A stretch of DNA of 61,744 nt, counting the filler, from Diploschistes diacapsis (Eukaryota), in assembly GCA_023645945.1 (NCBI GenBank). It is 12 parts of 12 records of this genome, joined end to end, with 100 filler letters (N's around TTAATTAATTAA, not from the genome) between each part and the next. Parts side by side here need not be neighbours in the genome. Positions count along the whole stretch, not along the records: positions 13,153 to 16,318 come from JALAIB010001985.1; positions 16,419 to 19,583 come from JALAIB010001986.1; positions 19,684 to 22,847 come from JALAIB010001987.1; positions 22,948 to 26,103 come from JALAIB010001988.1; 8 more parts are not named here. The stretch is one strand, 5' to 3'. The notes below the pieces were generated by a model. It was not told where the DNA came from, made no database searches, and worked only from the letters and a program-made list of their open reading frames with translations. This document shows positions 13,153 through 26,068 of this stretch, piece after piece; positions within the stretch are counted from its first letter, which is position 1; every line of letters starts with the position of its first letter. The position numbers and the translations under genes were made by a program.

Positions 13153-13610
13153 ATTCCCCATCATCTCCTCCACCCTCCCAAACTCACCCCTGAGCGTTTC
13201 CTTCCTCAGCCTCAGAATATCCTCCGCCACCTCCTCCGCACTCCCATCCTGCACGTTGACGTCAAACTCGTCGTTCAGGACCTGCAGCACGAACTCCTCC
13301 AGGTAAGGGCCGTCGATGTCGGCCGCGGTGTCGGGCGAGGCGAACAGGTCGGAGATGGCGCCGGCCAACCAGTCGCGCTTCTCGGACGAGTCGGGACCGC
13401 CCCAGCTGTTCTGCACGGCGAGGGTGAGGGCCGGCCAGGTGGAGAGGCGGAGGGCGATGGAGAGGTCGAATTTTTGCTGGATTTGCTCTGCGCTGGGGTT
13501 AGCGGGTTGCCGGGTGCCGGTGGGATTTTGAATGATTGAAAGAAACCTTGGGTGGTGACGGTGGTGGTGTGGGTAGAGTCGCTTGGACCTCGAGGGGTGG
13601 GTTGGGCCAT
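13153..13610 (-). CDS. TSR2: Pre-rRNA-processing protein TSR2 (exon 1 13610-13547, exon 2 13487-13153; 3' truncated)
   Basis: WPALTLAVQNSWGGPDSSEKRDWLAGAI...DEFDVNVQDGSAEEVA is the WGG/TSR2 signature. GT...GCTAAC...CAG intron restores the frame. Confidence 0.92.
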
Positions 13611-14013
13611 GTGCGCGCTCTTGATTCGGAGATTCTACAAGTTTTGTTGATATTATTGATGGCCCGGAGAAACTACTCAATCGAACTCTTCAAGCGAAGA
13701 GCCAGGGGCCGGCCAATCGGAGAGTTGGATGATGATGCAGGCTTCTTATGACGTCATATCCCCCATTCGGCAGGATCGTCTACTGGGCTTGGTTTCTTTC
13801 CCTCTGGAGCAGAACTGAGCTGGCTCTCCTATTCCTGACTTTTGAGCAGCGTCGTCCTTCGTTACTTGCATTTCGTGCGTTTAGACTACCTCCCAGGTAT
13901 CTGTAATGTATAATTAAGTCCCGCTAAGCGTGCTTTCAAACCGGAGGCGTTTGTTCTTGCTATTAAATACTTAGTCGGAAGTGCTCGTGGTCAGCGATTT
14001 TTGGCCGGTCGTT

Positions 14014-16318
14014 ATGGTTTTGAATACCTTTACCGTCGGGGCAGCCGTGACACCGACAGTCATCAAGACGTATACTTCTCATGTATGAAATGGTTCTTCC
14101 TGTAAGATCTAAAGTCACCGCTAATCAGTCAGTACTTGAACCGCAAACCGCGTGCGCAAAAGCCCACAGCGCACATCACCTACGATGAAGGGCTCAACCT
14201 GATCCGCCAATTCCTCAACTACGCATCCCATCATACCGTCGAAGAAATTCAGGCATTCACCGCGCAATGGGTCCCATCGCCACGATGGGTCCGGTCAAAG
14301 GACGTGGAGATTCCTGAAACCGAGATCGCTCGCGCCGCAGACGCTCTGATTGCTCAATTGGGTCACAAAGGAGTCGATAGGGTGGGCGGAAAGCTATGGT
14401 GGCAGTGGAGAAGAGATGGCAGTAAACTGAGGGCGGAATGGATTGAAATGCGGAAGGATTACAACGAGCGGAAAAAGCAGAACCAGCAGAGCAAGCGCGT
14501 TATGTTATACGTGCACGGTGGTGCTTACTACTTTGGAAGCGTGGATGAGCACAGGTATCAGATGCAGAGGCATGCTCGAAAGCTTAAGGCTAGAGTGTTT
14601 GCTCCCCGTTACAGGCTCGCTCCTCAGTTTCCGTTCCCATGCGGTCTCCTAGATTGTCTGGCGGCATACCTCTACCTTCTGACGCTGCAAGACCCAACAA
14701 CCATCATTCTTGCTGGGGATTCTGCAGGGGGCGGCATGGTGGTCAGGTTGGGCATCCCAGGGTCGTCACGTCTGGTCCGCACTAACTATGGTTAGCATTT
14801 TGATAATACTGCGAGATCAAGGCATACCTCTGCCAGCTGGTGCAATCCTACTAAGCCCCTGGGTAGATCTAACACACTCGTTTCCAAGTGTAGCCGGTAA
14901 GGGAGAGTTCGACTACATTCCAGCTCATGGGTTTATGCAGCGGCCATCCATGGCCTGGCCACCACCAAACACAGACGATATGGAAAGCATCGCTAAAGGA
15001 GCTGTGGAAAAGCTTGTGAAGTCGGACTTGCCACGAAAGTCAACCCAGCAGGAGAGAACCGATGCGAACGAAACTGCTATGCAGGGATTATTAGTCAGGG
15101 ACATGAATGGCAATGAAAATCCGAAGACGAACGAGGCCAACCCTGCTGGCACTGCCGGCGCTGGAGAGCGACCAGGCGACACCATCCCTGGCCCCGGCCG
15201 TAACCTGTCTATCATGATCGACCAGAAGCTCGTCGAAATCAAGGATCAGATACAAATGTATACTACTAATCAGCTAATAGCGCATCCTCTTGTTTCGCCG
15301 GTCATGCAGCCTTCCTTAGGAGGCCTACCGCCCTTGCTGATTCTTACTGGAGGAGGTGAGATTCTGCGAGATGAGCAGATATATCTGGCACACAAAGCGA
15401 CAAACCCTACAAAGTATCCGCCCAGCGAAGCCTATCTGAATGCACATCCCGAGGACCGTGATATTGTTACCAAGTACAAGCCTACAGAAGTGCAGCTGCA
15501 GGTGTGGGAGGATTTGTGCCATGTAGCTCCCACACTGAGCTTTACACGGCCCGCCAAGTTCATGTTCCGATCTATCGCACAGTTCGGCGCTTGGGCTCTT
15601 GCTCGCGCTCAGAACACTGCAATCGACATCTTGGACGATGACGAGGTGTCTGTGATCAGCTCAGAATCAGATGACGAAACGTCCTCGGCGGACACAGATC
15701 TGAAGAAGCACGCCCAGGATAACGGTACGATCTCCAGTCGCACCTTGAGTAAAGGCATCCTCGCGGAGCAAGTTGGAAAAGCAGGCGATCCGCTTCCTCA
15801 CTTCAAGAACCACATGATCCGGCAAAGAGTCGATCGGTACGGTAACATATATCCCCTACCAGCTGCGGCTGACCTCCCCGCTTTGCAAATGTCAGCGAAT
15901 GAAATTGGGGTGATCAAACCGGGCCCGGTACGGAAATGGATGGCGGCCAAAAAGCAATGGGATACGCGATATGCGTCGCAGAAGAGAAAGGTGCAAAAGC
16001 AACGGATCAAGGAGATTGCCAAAGGTTACCAGACGTTTGGTGACGACGACGTGCCCCCACCAAGCGCTCTTGCCGGACGTAGAGGCGTACACATGCCTGA
16101 AGAGAAGAAGAAACGAAGCCTCGGCCTCAGCCTCTGGAGTCTGTGGGGAAGCTCGCACGACGAGAAGGCGGTAAGCTCGGCCCCGTAACGAGTTAATCCT
16201 TCCCATTCCTAACAGCAGCACGCAGCTCGAGCGCGAAGAGAAAGCCGACAAGCAACCCGAGCAAGCCATCGTCGCCGCCACTACAACCCCAATAGACGGC
16301 TCCACACCCCCCGCCCTC
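14014..16318 (+). CDS. Alpha/beta-hydrolase (HSL-like lipase/esterase); exons 14014-14082, 14133-14746, 14796-16170, then a truncated last exon
   Basis: HGGAY oxyanion motif, GDSAGG nucleophile elbow, EILRD and HV catalytic regions. Canonical introns with CTAAY branch sites. Divergent from TSR2. Confidence 0.9.
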
Positions 16319-16418
16319 NNNNNNNNNNNNNNNNNNNNNNNNNNNNNNNNNNNNNNNNNNNNTTAATTAATTAANNNNNNNNNNNNNNNNNNNNNNNNNN
16401 NNNNNNNNNNNNNNNNNN

Positions 16419-19400
16419 TTTTATATCCTTTACGTCCTTTTTTATCTCGATACAATTTTCTTTCTCCATATTTTTCTTTCTTAAATCAATCTTTAAGCTA
16501 TTAGAATCGTGCTAATTTTGTTTTAATTATATAGTTTCAAGGTCTGCAAATATCTATAAAACCTTTGTCCGGTGGACGCCAATAATTCAATATCATTATT
16601 CTAAACGCCGTAGTTTTAACCGGCGGCTACAACAACTATAAGAAGCCTAACTACAGCAATCAGGCTTTTTTTAGTAATAAGACACCGGTACGAACCTACA
16701 ATACCAGTATAGAAGAAATAGAAGCAGATATAGAAGCTAGCGATTCAGCTTTAGAAAAAGATACAAGCAACTATATCTAAGGCTTTCATAAAGGAACGTC
16801 CTATTACCAAAAACTACACGAAGAAGATTCATATGAACAAAAAAGACACGATGTTTCTAGATCGGCTATAAAACCTAAAGAAAATTTGGATTACTATAAC
16901 GTCGACGCAGGCTGGTCTAACCCTAAACCTAAGAAAGACGTTAAGTGCAAAAACTGTAGGAAATCATAGCCGTTTAAGATTAAATTATATAATTATTTAA
17001 TTAAGGATAAATGTTAGGATATTAAAATGACGTCTGCGAGTTTAAAACGGTCGAGAATAAAGATCTCGATACATCTTAACAGCAATTTCGTTAAACTCGA
17101 TATTTCGTTTTCAACGGATATTACTATAATATCTATACCGACGTCGAATTTATTAACGACGGCTATCTCGCCGCCAACTTACAAAGATATAATAAAATCA
17201 ATTTACCATATTATTAAGTTTATAACTTTATCCAACAAAAACCCCGGATTTGGTTTCAAAAGTTACCGCTACGTTACCGTCTCCGTTCGCCTGAATTTAA
17301 ATAAAGATACGCATCGATTCTATCTCGATAATAGGTACACGATATCACTTATAAACAAAAAGTTTTTACAGAAATATAAGCCTAAGGCGAAGGTACTTAC
17401 GATACCGACTCCAATAAAGGTCACTAACGTTAGAAAGAATAAGCACTCGATCTCGAATTTTATCGTATTAAATATATTTTTCTCGATCGACGAAAGACGA
17501 ATTACGTAGATTTAAAAAAAACTATATATCGTAAATAATTTACGAACAAACGTATTTATTAATATCGACATATTATATCCAGAATAGTTTATTATCGACT
17601 TTTAAAAATAAATTGCGACCATCGGGAGTTATGCCGGTTTAAAGATTCCGATTTTAATTATAACGTAAAAAAAGATTACGGTTATAGTATTCTTTTAAGG
17701 TACATTTATGATACCTTCGAGATCGATTATTTTAGTACCTATTACCGGCTCGAAGGGAGTATTATTAAGGTTATTAAAGGATCGAGATTTCTTCTTTCAA
17801 CCCAGGCGCTAATAGAAGCTATCCGTCTACGCGCATGTCGTCGATAGCGACATCAACGTCGTTCTTGTACGGAATGATTCGGATCTAGATTAGATATTTC
17901 TAGATAAATCTTACTTGGGAATCATAGTCGATTACGATGGGAATACGGCCTACGCCGTAGATAGTTATTTCGAAGATTTAGCACGATGCCTACCAACACA
18001 GATCATGCCTAAATTTAGCGATAGTAGGTTAATTGAGCTTAAGACGAAGATGGAAAATGGAGTGATAGTTTACGGAAATAAAAATGTTCTGACACGATTA
18101 ATAGAGGTAGTTAATTCGTATTTAAATTTATGGATCGATACGGGGAATATAATAATATTTGAATCATAATACCTCGAGATACTATTGTTAGATAATTGGA
18201 GGGATAATTATAAAGCGGGTTTAGTAAAGATATACCCTATGGGTAATCGAGATCGGGTTTTAATCGATAAAACTTTCGATAAATTGCATGAACAGGGAAG
18301 ATTGGACTGGATAATTGATTATACGCCATTCAGTTTCCCCGTCTTTATTATGTGGAAGATGACAGATGGTATTAAGAAGGGACGGGTCGTTGTGGACATC
18401 AGAGCGTTGAATAAGGTGTTTAAGAAAGATGCTTATTTAATGTTTAATTAGGTAGACATTCTGAACGATATTAGAGGAGTAGTTTTTATTACGATCGTGG
18501 ATGCAGCTAAATTCTTTTATTAGTTTTAGACGAAATCAGAATATCGTTATAAATTGACCGTCGTTACGCATTATAACCAAGAGATATTCCAAGTACCGGT
18601 TATGGGTTATATTAATATTCTAGCTTATATCCAACGTTAGATGAATAATTTATTACGCGATTTGAAAGTTTTTTATCGAGTATATCAGGACGATATTATG
18701 ATTTATAGTGTAATATTGGTCGAGTATCTTAATTATCTCTATTAGGTGTTCGCCAGGCTTAATAGTATTAACATTACGCTTACCCCGAAAAAGAGTTATA
18801 TTAGCTTTTCTTCCGTTTAGTTATTAGGACAGAAAGTGGATAAGTTAGGTTTAATCACATCTGCGGATAAGTTTAGAGTTATTACGGAACTTAGCTTTCT
18901 AGAAAGCTTAGCCCAGCTAGAATATTATATTAAATTAATAAGATATATGCGTAAATATGTATCCTATTATGTAATAATAGTAGAATCTTTAGAGAAGCGT
19001 AAAGCGATGTTTAATCAGAAGCTTAAGTCGGCTTTTAAGAAATCTATAAAAGAAACGAGTGGATTTAGAAGAAGGAGATACGTTAAGAGGAAATTATTAT
19101 AAGAATTAATAGAAAAAAAGTTTTTAGCTTTCATACATCTTCGTGATATCTTTATTAAAAGTACGATGTTGGTCCACCTCGACATGCGCCGAAAATTATA
19201 TAGAGATATCGATGTTAGCAAGGTTTTTAAAATTGGCTGTATGCTTTATCACGTTAAAGGAGATGTAAAGTTTAATTTCTATAAATATCCAGCTTATAAT
19301 TCTATAGAGCCAATTCTGTTCCTATCTCGCAAGCTAAACGACGCCGAAAAAAGGTATTAATTTATAAAATTGAAGATAGTTGGATTAGTTTGATTTCTTA

Positions 19401-19583
19401 GGAAAGTACGACACCTGATTGAATTCAGCGAAGATACACCTAGTGTCTTCTTTACAGATCATACCGTTACGGTTAGGATAAGTAAACAAGTTTTTCTTAA
19501 TACTGTTAATACGGAGAAGTTTAACTTACGTCTAGTCCGGGTATTTAAATATATTTAGAGGTTTAATATAATCGTTAAATATA
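16419..19583 (+). mobile_element. RIP-degraded Ty3/Gypsy gag-pol (protease, RT, RNase H)
   Basis: TPFSFPVFIMWK...KGRVVVDIRALNK, YQDD at 18683-18694, DIDVSKVFKIG...PILFLSRKLNDAEKRY. Confidence 0.92.
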
Positions 19584-19683
19584 NNNNNNNNNNNNNNNNN
19601 NNNNNNNNNNNNNNNNNNNNNNNNNNNTTAATTAATTAANNNNNNNNNNNNNNNNNNNNNNNNNNNNNNNNNNNNNNNNNNNN

Positions 19684-20016
19684 ATTATATATCTAGCTAT
19701 CTTTTGGCGCGTCGATAGAATCTATTTTTTTAATTTTCGATAATAGTTCGGGGTCGTCTTAAACGATCAAAATTATATTATTTATTATCGCGTTTTAAAG
19801 CTTTCTTTTTAATATATTAAGCTATAGAATAGGGAATATTAAACTTTTAAGCAACATTTTTAAAAGTATTACCGTTATAGAAGGCGCCGAGGAGCTCCGA
19901 ACGCTCGAAGGGCTTTAAACGGCGTTGTGGTGGCATAATTAGAAGAATAATAGCAAGAGTTGAATGTTTATTTACTACCGCTTATGGTGGACCTAACTAC
20001 TTTTGGCCTAGTACTG
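19684..20016 (-). mobile_element. Tc1/mariner-type element: 5' TIR plus decayed transposase N-terminus
   Basis: Minus strand reads TA|CAGTACTAGGCCAAAAGTAGTT (Tc1-like TIR with TA). ATG at 19936 gives MPPQRRLKPFERSELLG...RRPR (HTH region) with stops. Confidence 0.7.
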
Positions 20017-20193
20017 TAGATTAGCAGTGTACAAAGTACTAGTTTTACTGAGGTAGTGGTCTCTTTTCAATTTCGGGACGAAGCCAAGACTCTTGCATGC
20101 AGGCGCTGACAAGTAATCGGTTATCCGGTTCTTGGCAATTCACGTAGTTACTTGCTACGTCCTTCCACAGCAACCCAAAGTCGAGCAGCAGCG

Positions 20194-20726
20194 ATGGCCT
20201 CTCAATTACTTCCCTTAGGTAGGTCAATCTAGCCCCGCGCCCAAAGACGAAGGAACATCTGAAGCCATCTAGAGTTGATTGACAAGTGCGTCGGTTCCAA
20301 GATTTGGGTCATCATGAAAGGGGACAAGGGTGGCGCCTTCCTTGACCTTCGGACTATGAAAGGGAACCGCTCACACAGACAGAATTCTCGGGAACTCTTC
20401 TGGGATTTGACGACTATGTCAGTAAGTCTGACGTCCATGTAATTGCTCCTCGGGCCAATGTTTTCTCATGGAAGCTGTACAGACATGGTGCTTGAGGATG
20501 TGACGGAATTGTAAGCTTTGGCAGCAGCCACGATACGGGCCACAGTGGAAACTTACTAACTTGGAGTTCGAGCGACTATTCGGGCTCGTCCACCAAACTA
20601 GCCAAGCTTCTGCTGAACGGAAACAATGTGTGCATGGTATGATGTTATCTGCAAGTATGGGACCTGGGCATCTAACGACAAGTTCTACAGTTGATTCCGG
20701 GCGGCCAGGGACCTGGTGGCGAGTGA
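20194..20726 (+). CDS. LSM5: U6 snRNA-associated Sm-like protein LSm5; 6 exons (20194-20218, 20273-20329, 20383-20421, 20483-20510, 20573-20636, 20691-20726)
   Basis: Spliced product [82 protein letters not shown]. Invisible to the ORF track. Confidence 0.95.
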
Positions 20727-21427
20727 TTCGGTCACTGGTGGACACATCAAACTGTTTTGAGAGTGCCATGGCTTAACCGCGAGACGCCATGAGCCACATC
20801 CATGCTTACCGAGGGGTATATCTTCCATGCCAGCGGGGTTGGCTGCGTGGGAAGCGTTCGTTGTGCTTTGCTTTGCATAGAAATGGAAAGCTAAGTTGGC
20901 TGGCTGGGTGGAGATGTATGAGCGGAAAGGTGCGGGCCTGAAAGGGCAAGGTTTCGAGTGCACTTTGCATACTCGATTACTACTCATGATAGAGGTTAGA
21001 TATAGAAGAAGAAGTTCTTGAGTCAAAATCAGGTAGTCAACACCTTATCAATTCAATGTTCCTAGGAGCTGTCCATGCCATGTCTGTCTGCCACGGGTGA
21101 TGGAGAAATATAAATCCCAAGCTGTCACGTGATACCAGAGCATCCCCTGGTCCGTCGGGGTTCACTAGCACCGTTGAGGCTAGCCCCATTCTGCAAACGG
21201 AGAGATGGCCAAGTACTTGGCTTCGCCTTTTCATCCCTCAAAGCAAAAACTTATCCAACATCCAACTTGGCTAACTTCTCGCTCTACCATGTATATCTAA
21301 CTTGCATCTCTCACAGGTCCTGCTTCATTGCTGCTGCTGCTGGACTACCGGGGAGTCGGCGTATAGAGAACGAACAAGGAGGGCCAGAGGCCCCCCCCCC
21401 CATCGGTGTGCAACCGGATTTCAAACC

Positions 21428-22356
21428 ATGAACGCCCCAGACAGGTCAGTTTTTGGCTCTCTTAATGTAGTCGTAAAAAAGGGGGGGGGAAAGAAAAGAA
21501 AGCGACACAGAAAAGTGTTTGAACAAATAAGTGTACAGTGTTTACGGGATGCAGTGGGGAAAAGGCCCCCGTGTTTTGTTCAAAGATAGTGAATAATAAG
21601 GATACATTGGTCGATATGTGAACATGGATACCACGAAAAGATACATCCCCCCTAACCCAATATCATATCCCTCCTTCCCATATTCAGAACAAGAAACCCC
21701 TGAGCCCTGCAGACAAGATCTCTCTCTCTCTCTCTTTTTGTTCCTCAATGCAAGATGAGGATTCCAGCCGAGGATAACGTCCCTCTCAGGTTCGAACTGT
21801 TCCTCCTAGGTGACGAAGAGAAAAAGGTCACAGAAGCTGCGGATACCCGTATGGTCACCCCCCCCCGCAGAGATTCTCCAGTCTCGATCTCGGCAGCCCT
21901 TGTTCTGGGACCATGGGCTAATTCCAAGGGTTTTCAGGTATTCCATCATCTTCCCTGTTCGCCTTTAACAAGGAGGATCACACGCTGGGCAACCTGCTCC
22001 GCGCTCGGCTTCTCCAGCATCCTCACGTCGACTTCGCCGGATACAGGGTCCCTCACCCTCTCTTCAGGTGGGTCGTCTTTCTCTCTCTCTCTCTCTCCTG
22101 CCCCGCTCGAACAATTGGAGGGCTCGGGAAAAGCCTGGCTCGCGAGTTCAAGCCTGCTACCATCGAACTGACCAAGTTTGTTGCTAGCACCTTTGAACTG
22201 CGCGTCCAAACCGATGGACAAGTGACGCCCCGTACTGCTTTGATCGAGGCGTGCAGGGCGCTGGTGAACGAGCTGGGCGCCTTGAGTAGGGAATTCACCA
22301 AGGAGTGGGAACTGCGCAAGATGGCTGGCGACGGCTCCAATGCTGACGACAAATGA
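21428..22356 (+). CDS. RPB11: RNA polymerase II subunit RPB11; exons 21428-21444, 21790-21848, 21938-22067, 22188-22356
   Basis: MNAPDRFELFLL...FNKEDHTLGNLL...FAGYRVPHPLF...LRVQTDG...EFTKEWEL. Confidence 0.96.
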
Positions 22357-22629
22357 GCTCGCCAAAGTCTGGCAAGCTTCCGAGGAAACAGCATACGCGC
22401 TGTTCTCTGCGGGAAACCCTCAAGTCAGCCCTGCTAGACTTCGAGCTTCAACTCCTCTACGAGACTGCAGGAGAGTGTTCTGCTCTGCTACCGGGCGGGG
22501 AAGAGCCTTTGTACCGCAGTAGTAGTCTCGAGCTCGTACATGTTGTTCGCAAATACAGTCGTCGAGGCAGAAGAAGCTATGTATTCTTAACTTTACACTA
22601 TAACGCTACTGCATTGAGGACAGCTCAAC

Positions 22630-22847
22630 TCAGTCAATAACCCTCCCCGCTGTCGTGGCCTGACTCCTGTCCTTCGTTTCCACTTTCCTAAGTCCCTTGC
22701 CGCGCTGAATGTCACCGAGCAAAGCGCCAACGCCTGGCGGAGTACCGTTACCCGATGCACTGGGAGCGGGCGGAGGTGGAGGTGGAGGTGGAGCGCCTGG
22801 GATGGATGCAGTTGTAACCGCAGGGGCAGTGGGAGGGGGTGGAGGAG
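22630..22847 (-). CDS. PAN1: C-terminus of actin-regulatory protein Pan1 (poly-Pro + WH2 domain), 5' truncated
   Basis: [11 protein letters not shown]...[32 protein letters not shown], the typical Pezizomycotina Pan1 terminal WH2. Confidence 0.75.
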
Positions 22848-23009
22848 NNNNNNNNNNNNNNNNNNNNNNNNNNNNNNNNNNNNNNNNNNNNTTAATTAAT
22901 TAANNNNNNNNNNNNNNNNNNNNNNNNNNNNNNNNNNNNNNNNNNNNATATTCTGTATTTAGAGAATTTTTTTTATTATATTTTAATAATAATAAATAAA
23001 TTAAATAAA

Positions 23010-23358
23010 CTTATTAAATGATTTTTTAAGATTTATTATTTATCCTGCCACATGTTGTTTATTTCTTAGCTTACTACTTCGTCGCCACCCCCTAATACTA
23101 TTCCTTTGCTTATCATTTTTCCTTTTTCGCTTATTTTCCTGATCTTTAACCGTTTTTTCATTTGTTGCTTGGTATCTACCGGTACTTCCCCTGCTATAGA
23201 TTACATAGGCGATATAGGCGCTACTGGCCCCTATCCAGTATCCAAAATATCTCCGCCTGAACCTCCTAGATTTTCGGCACCTAAAATAATTAAAATAAAC
23301 CCCAAATAAAAAACAAAAATCCCTAAAGAAATGCCTAAATATCCTGCTTATCCAATGA
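23010..23358 (-). pseudogene. Inverted partial copy (intron + exon 2 + 3' flank) of the gene at 25331-26068
   Basis: atctccgcctgaacctcctagattttcggcacctaaaataat is nearly the reverse complement of 25817-25858. Colinear to the stop codon and beyond. Confidence 0.85.
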
Positions 23359-25110
23359 CATTAAATTCGCTCAGATGCAGATCTTAGGTAGCAATAAAAA
23401 TCCCGCATTCTGATTAACTAGTAATATATAAAAGGGTCAATTAGCCACATTAAATTCGTTAATATGCAGATTTTAGTTTCATTAGTTGCATTAAACTTGC
23501 TAATATCGAGGTCGTGGCTAGATTAGCTGCATTAAATTCGCTAAGAGGTAGATCTTAGGCAGCATTAAAATCCCGCATTCTAATTAACCAGTAATATAAT
23601 AAAAGGGTCCAATAGCGGCATTAGAATCGCTAATATGTAGATCTTAAAACAGCAATAAAAATCCCGTATTGTAATTAATCAATAATGATATAAAGATGTG
23701 CATTAACTCTATAATATTCGCTAAAATTGAAATCTTGACAATATTAGTTGCATTAAATTCGCTAATATGCAGATCTTAGACAGCAATAAAAACCCCACAT
23801 TTTGATTAATATAACTAATGAAAACTAAAACCTACATATTAGCGAATATAATGCAGCTAATGGAGCCTTTTAAATTTTTACTGGTTAATTAGAATACGAG
23901 ATTTTCATTGTTGCCAACGGCCTGCCTATTAACGAATTTAATTTAATTAATGTAGCCAAGATCTGCATATGAGCGAATTTAATGTTGCTAATATAATCAA
24001 GACCTGTATATTAGCGACTTTAATCCAGCTATTGAACCCTTTTATATTATTACTGGTCGATTAGAATGCGGGATTTTCAATGCTGCCTAAGATCTGCATA
24101 TTAGCGAAATCAATGTAACTAATATAGTTAAAACCTACATATTAGCGAATTTAATGCAGCTATTGGACCCTTCTATATCATTACTGGTTAACTAGAATGC
24201 GGGATTTTCAATGCTGCCTAAGACCTGCATATTAGCGAATTTAATGCAGCTAATGTAGCCAAGACCTTCATATTAGCGAATTTAATGCAGTTATTGGACC
24301 CTTTTATATTATTACTGGTTAATACAATGCGGGATTTTCAATGCTGCCTAAGATCTGCATATTAGCGAAATCAATGTAACTAATATAGTTAAAACCTGCA
24401 TATTAGCGAATTTAATGCAGCTATTGGACCCTTCTATATCATTACTGGTTAACTAGAATGCGGGATTTTCAATGCTGCCTAAGACTTGCATATTAGCGAA
24501 TTTAAATGCAGCTAATGTAGCCAAGACCTTCATATTAGCGAATTTAATGCAGTTATTGGACCCTTTTATATTACTACTGGTTAATTAGATTGCGGGATTT
24601 TTCTTGCTGCCTAAGATCTGCATATAAGCGAATTTAATGTAACTAATGTAGCCAAGATTTACATATTAGCGAATTTAATGCAGCTAATGGACCCTTTTAT
24701 ATTATTATTGGTTAATTAGAATGCGAGATTTTTAATACTGGCCAAGTTTTGCATATTAGCGAATGTAATGCAGTTATTGAACCCTTTCATATTATTACTG
24801 GTCAATTTGAATGCGGGTTTTCTAATGCTGCCTAAGACCTGTATATTCGCGAATTTAATGCAACTAATGGAGGCAAGACCTTCATATTAGCGAGTTTAAT
24901 GCAGCTAATGGACCCTTTTATATTATCATTGGTTAATTAGAATCCAGGATTTTCAATGCTGCCTAAGACATGCATATTAGCGAATTTAATGCAACTGATG
25001 TAGCCAAGACCTTCATATTAGCGAATTTAATGCAGCTCTTAGACCCTTTTATATTATTACTGGTTAATTAGAATGTGGGATTTTTATCGCTGTTTAAGAT
25101 CTACATATTA
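23359..25110. repeat. Satellite array: ~131-bp monomer (41 + ~90 bp sub-units, each starting CATATTAGCGAATTTAATG), 261-bp higher-order duplication, orientation switch near 23810
   Basis: The variant catattagcgaaatcaatgtaactaatatagttaaaacct recurs at 24097 and 24358. Left part reads cattaaattcgctaatatg (reverse complement). Confidence 0.92.
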
Positions 25111-25330
25111 ACGTAGTTATGGCGCGTAAAAAGATCCTTTTAAATTATTATTGGATGATTAAATGGGAGATCTTCGTTAAATGTGAAACTTTATTTATTA
25201 TTAAAAATCTAGCGTTGAAGTGTTTATGAATCATACTTTTAAATTTTAAATATAAATATAGATCATTTTCGTACTTTCTTACTTTGAATTTTTAAATCTT
25301 TTTAATCACTTCAATATTTTTGCTTATAAG

Positions 25331-26068
25331 ATGGACATGTTTGCACCTTGTAATTCATGTGGGCGTGCGATAATCGAGGTCAATACTCTATCTGCCACCT
25401 ATTTGACCCTCCCGGGGGATAAAATAGCTGGTAATTGCCCACAATGTCAGGGTCTTCAGATTATTCACCGCGGAGGTCTTTTTACTTTCGCACCATTATT
25501 CGAAATACCCAGACCTACGGAACATCGGCCCGGGTATTTTGCCCCTATAGTACCCCCAGTACCGGGCCCGGTATCATCCCCTCGGCGGCAATATCTCGCT
25601 ACCTCGCCGGGGTATTCCCCTATGACAAATTACGGATCAATATTTAGCGACAATGACAATAGTGGGGATTATTTTCCTACAAGGTCTACTTTTTCACCTT
25701 CGCCGATGTTTAGTAGACTGGATATGATATTAGGCGATACTAGGACTTCATTAGGTAAGCAGGATATTCAGGCATTTTTTTAGGTATTTGGGTTTTTTAT
25801 TTTTGGGTTTATTTTGATTATTTTAGGTGCCGAAAATCTAGCAGGTTCAGGCGGAGATAGTGGGGATACTAGATCGGGGCCCGTGGCGCCTATAGCGCCT
25901 ATGCAGTCCACAGCACGGGAAATATCCGTGGGTATTAAGCAGGAAGAGGAGACAACGGTAAAACCGCGAGCAAATAGGCGAAAAAGTTGGAAAGAAAAAG
26001 AGAAAAGTCGTATTGCGGGGTGGCGACGGAGTAGTAGGTTAAGAAATAGGCAACAAGCGGCAGAATAA
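25331..26068 (+). CDS. Hypothetical ~220-aa protein with N-terminal CxxC...CxxC Zn-ribbon and basic C-terminus; exons 25331-25754, 25827-26068
   Basis: CNSC-x25-CPQC. A GTAAGC...TTTTAG intron joins the two ORFs in frame. Ends ...WRRSSRLRNRQQAAE*. Confidence 0.55.

Noticed and set aside
23359..25110. CRISPR-like array (conserved ~25-nt repeat with spacers)
   Set aside because: The spacers are themselves repeated in two alternating classes, there are no cas genes and the context is eukaryotic. It is a satellite.
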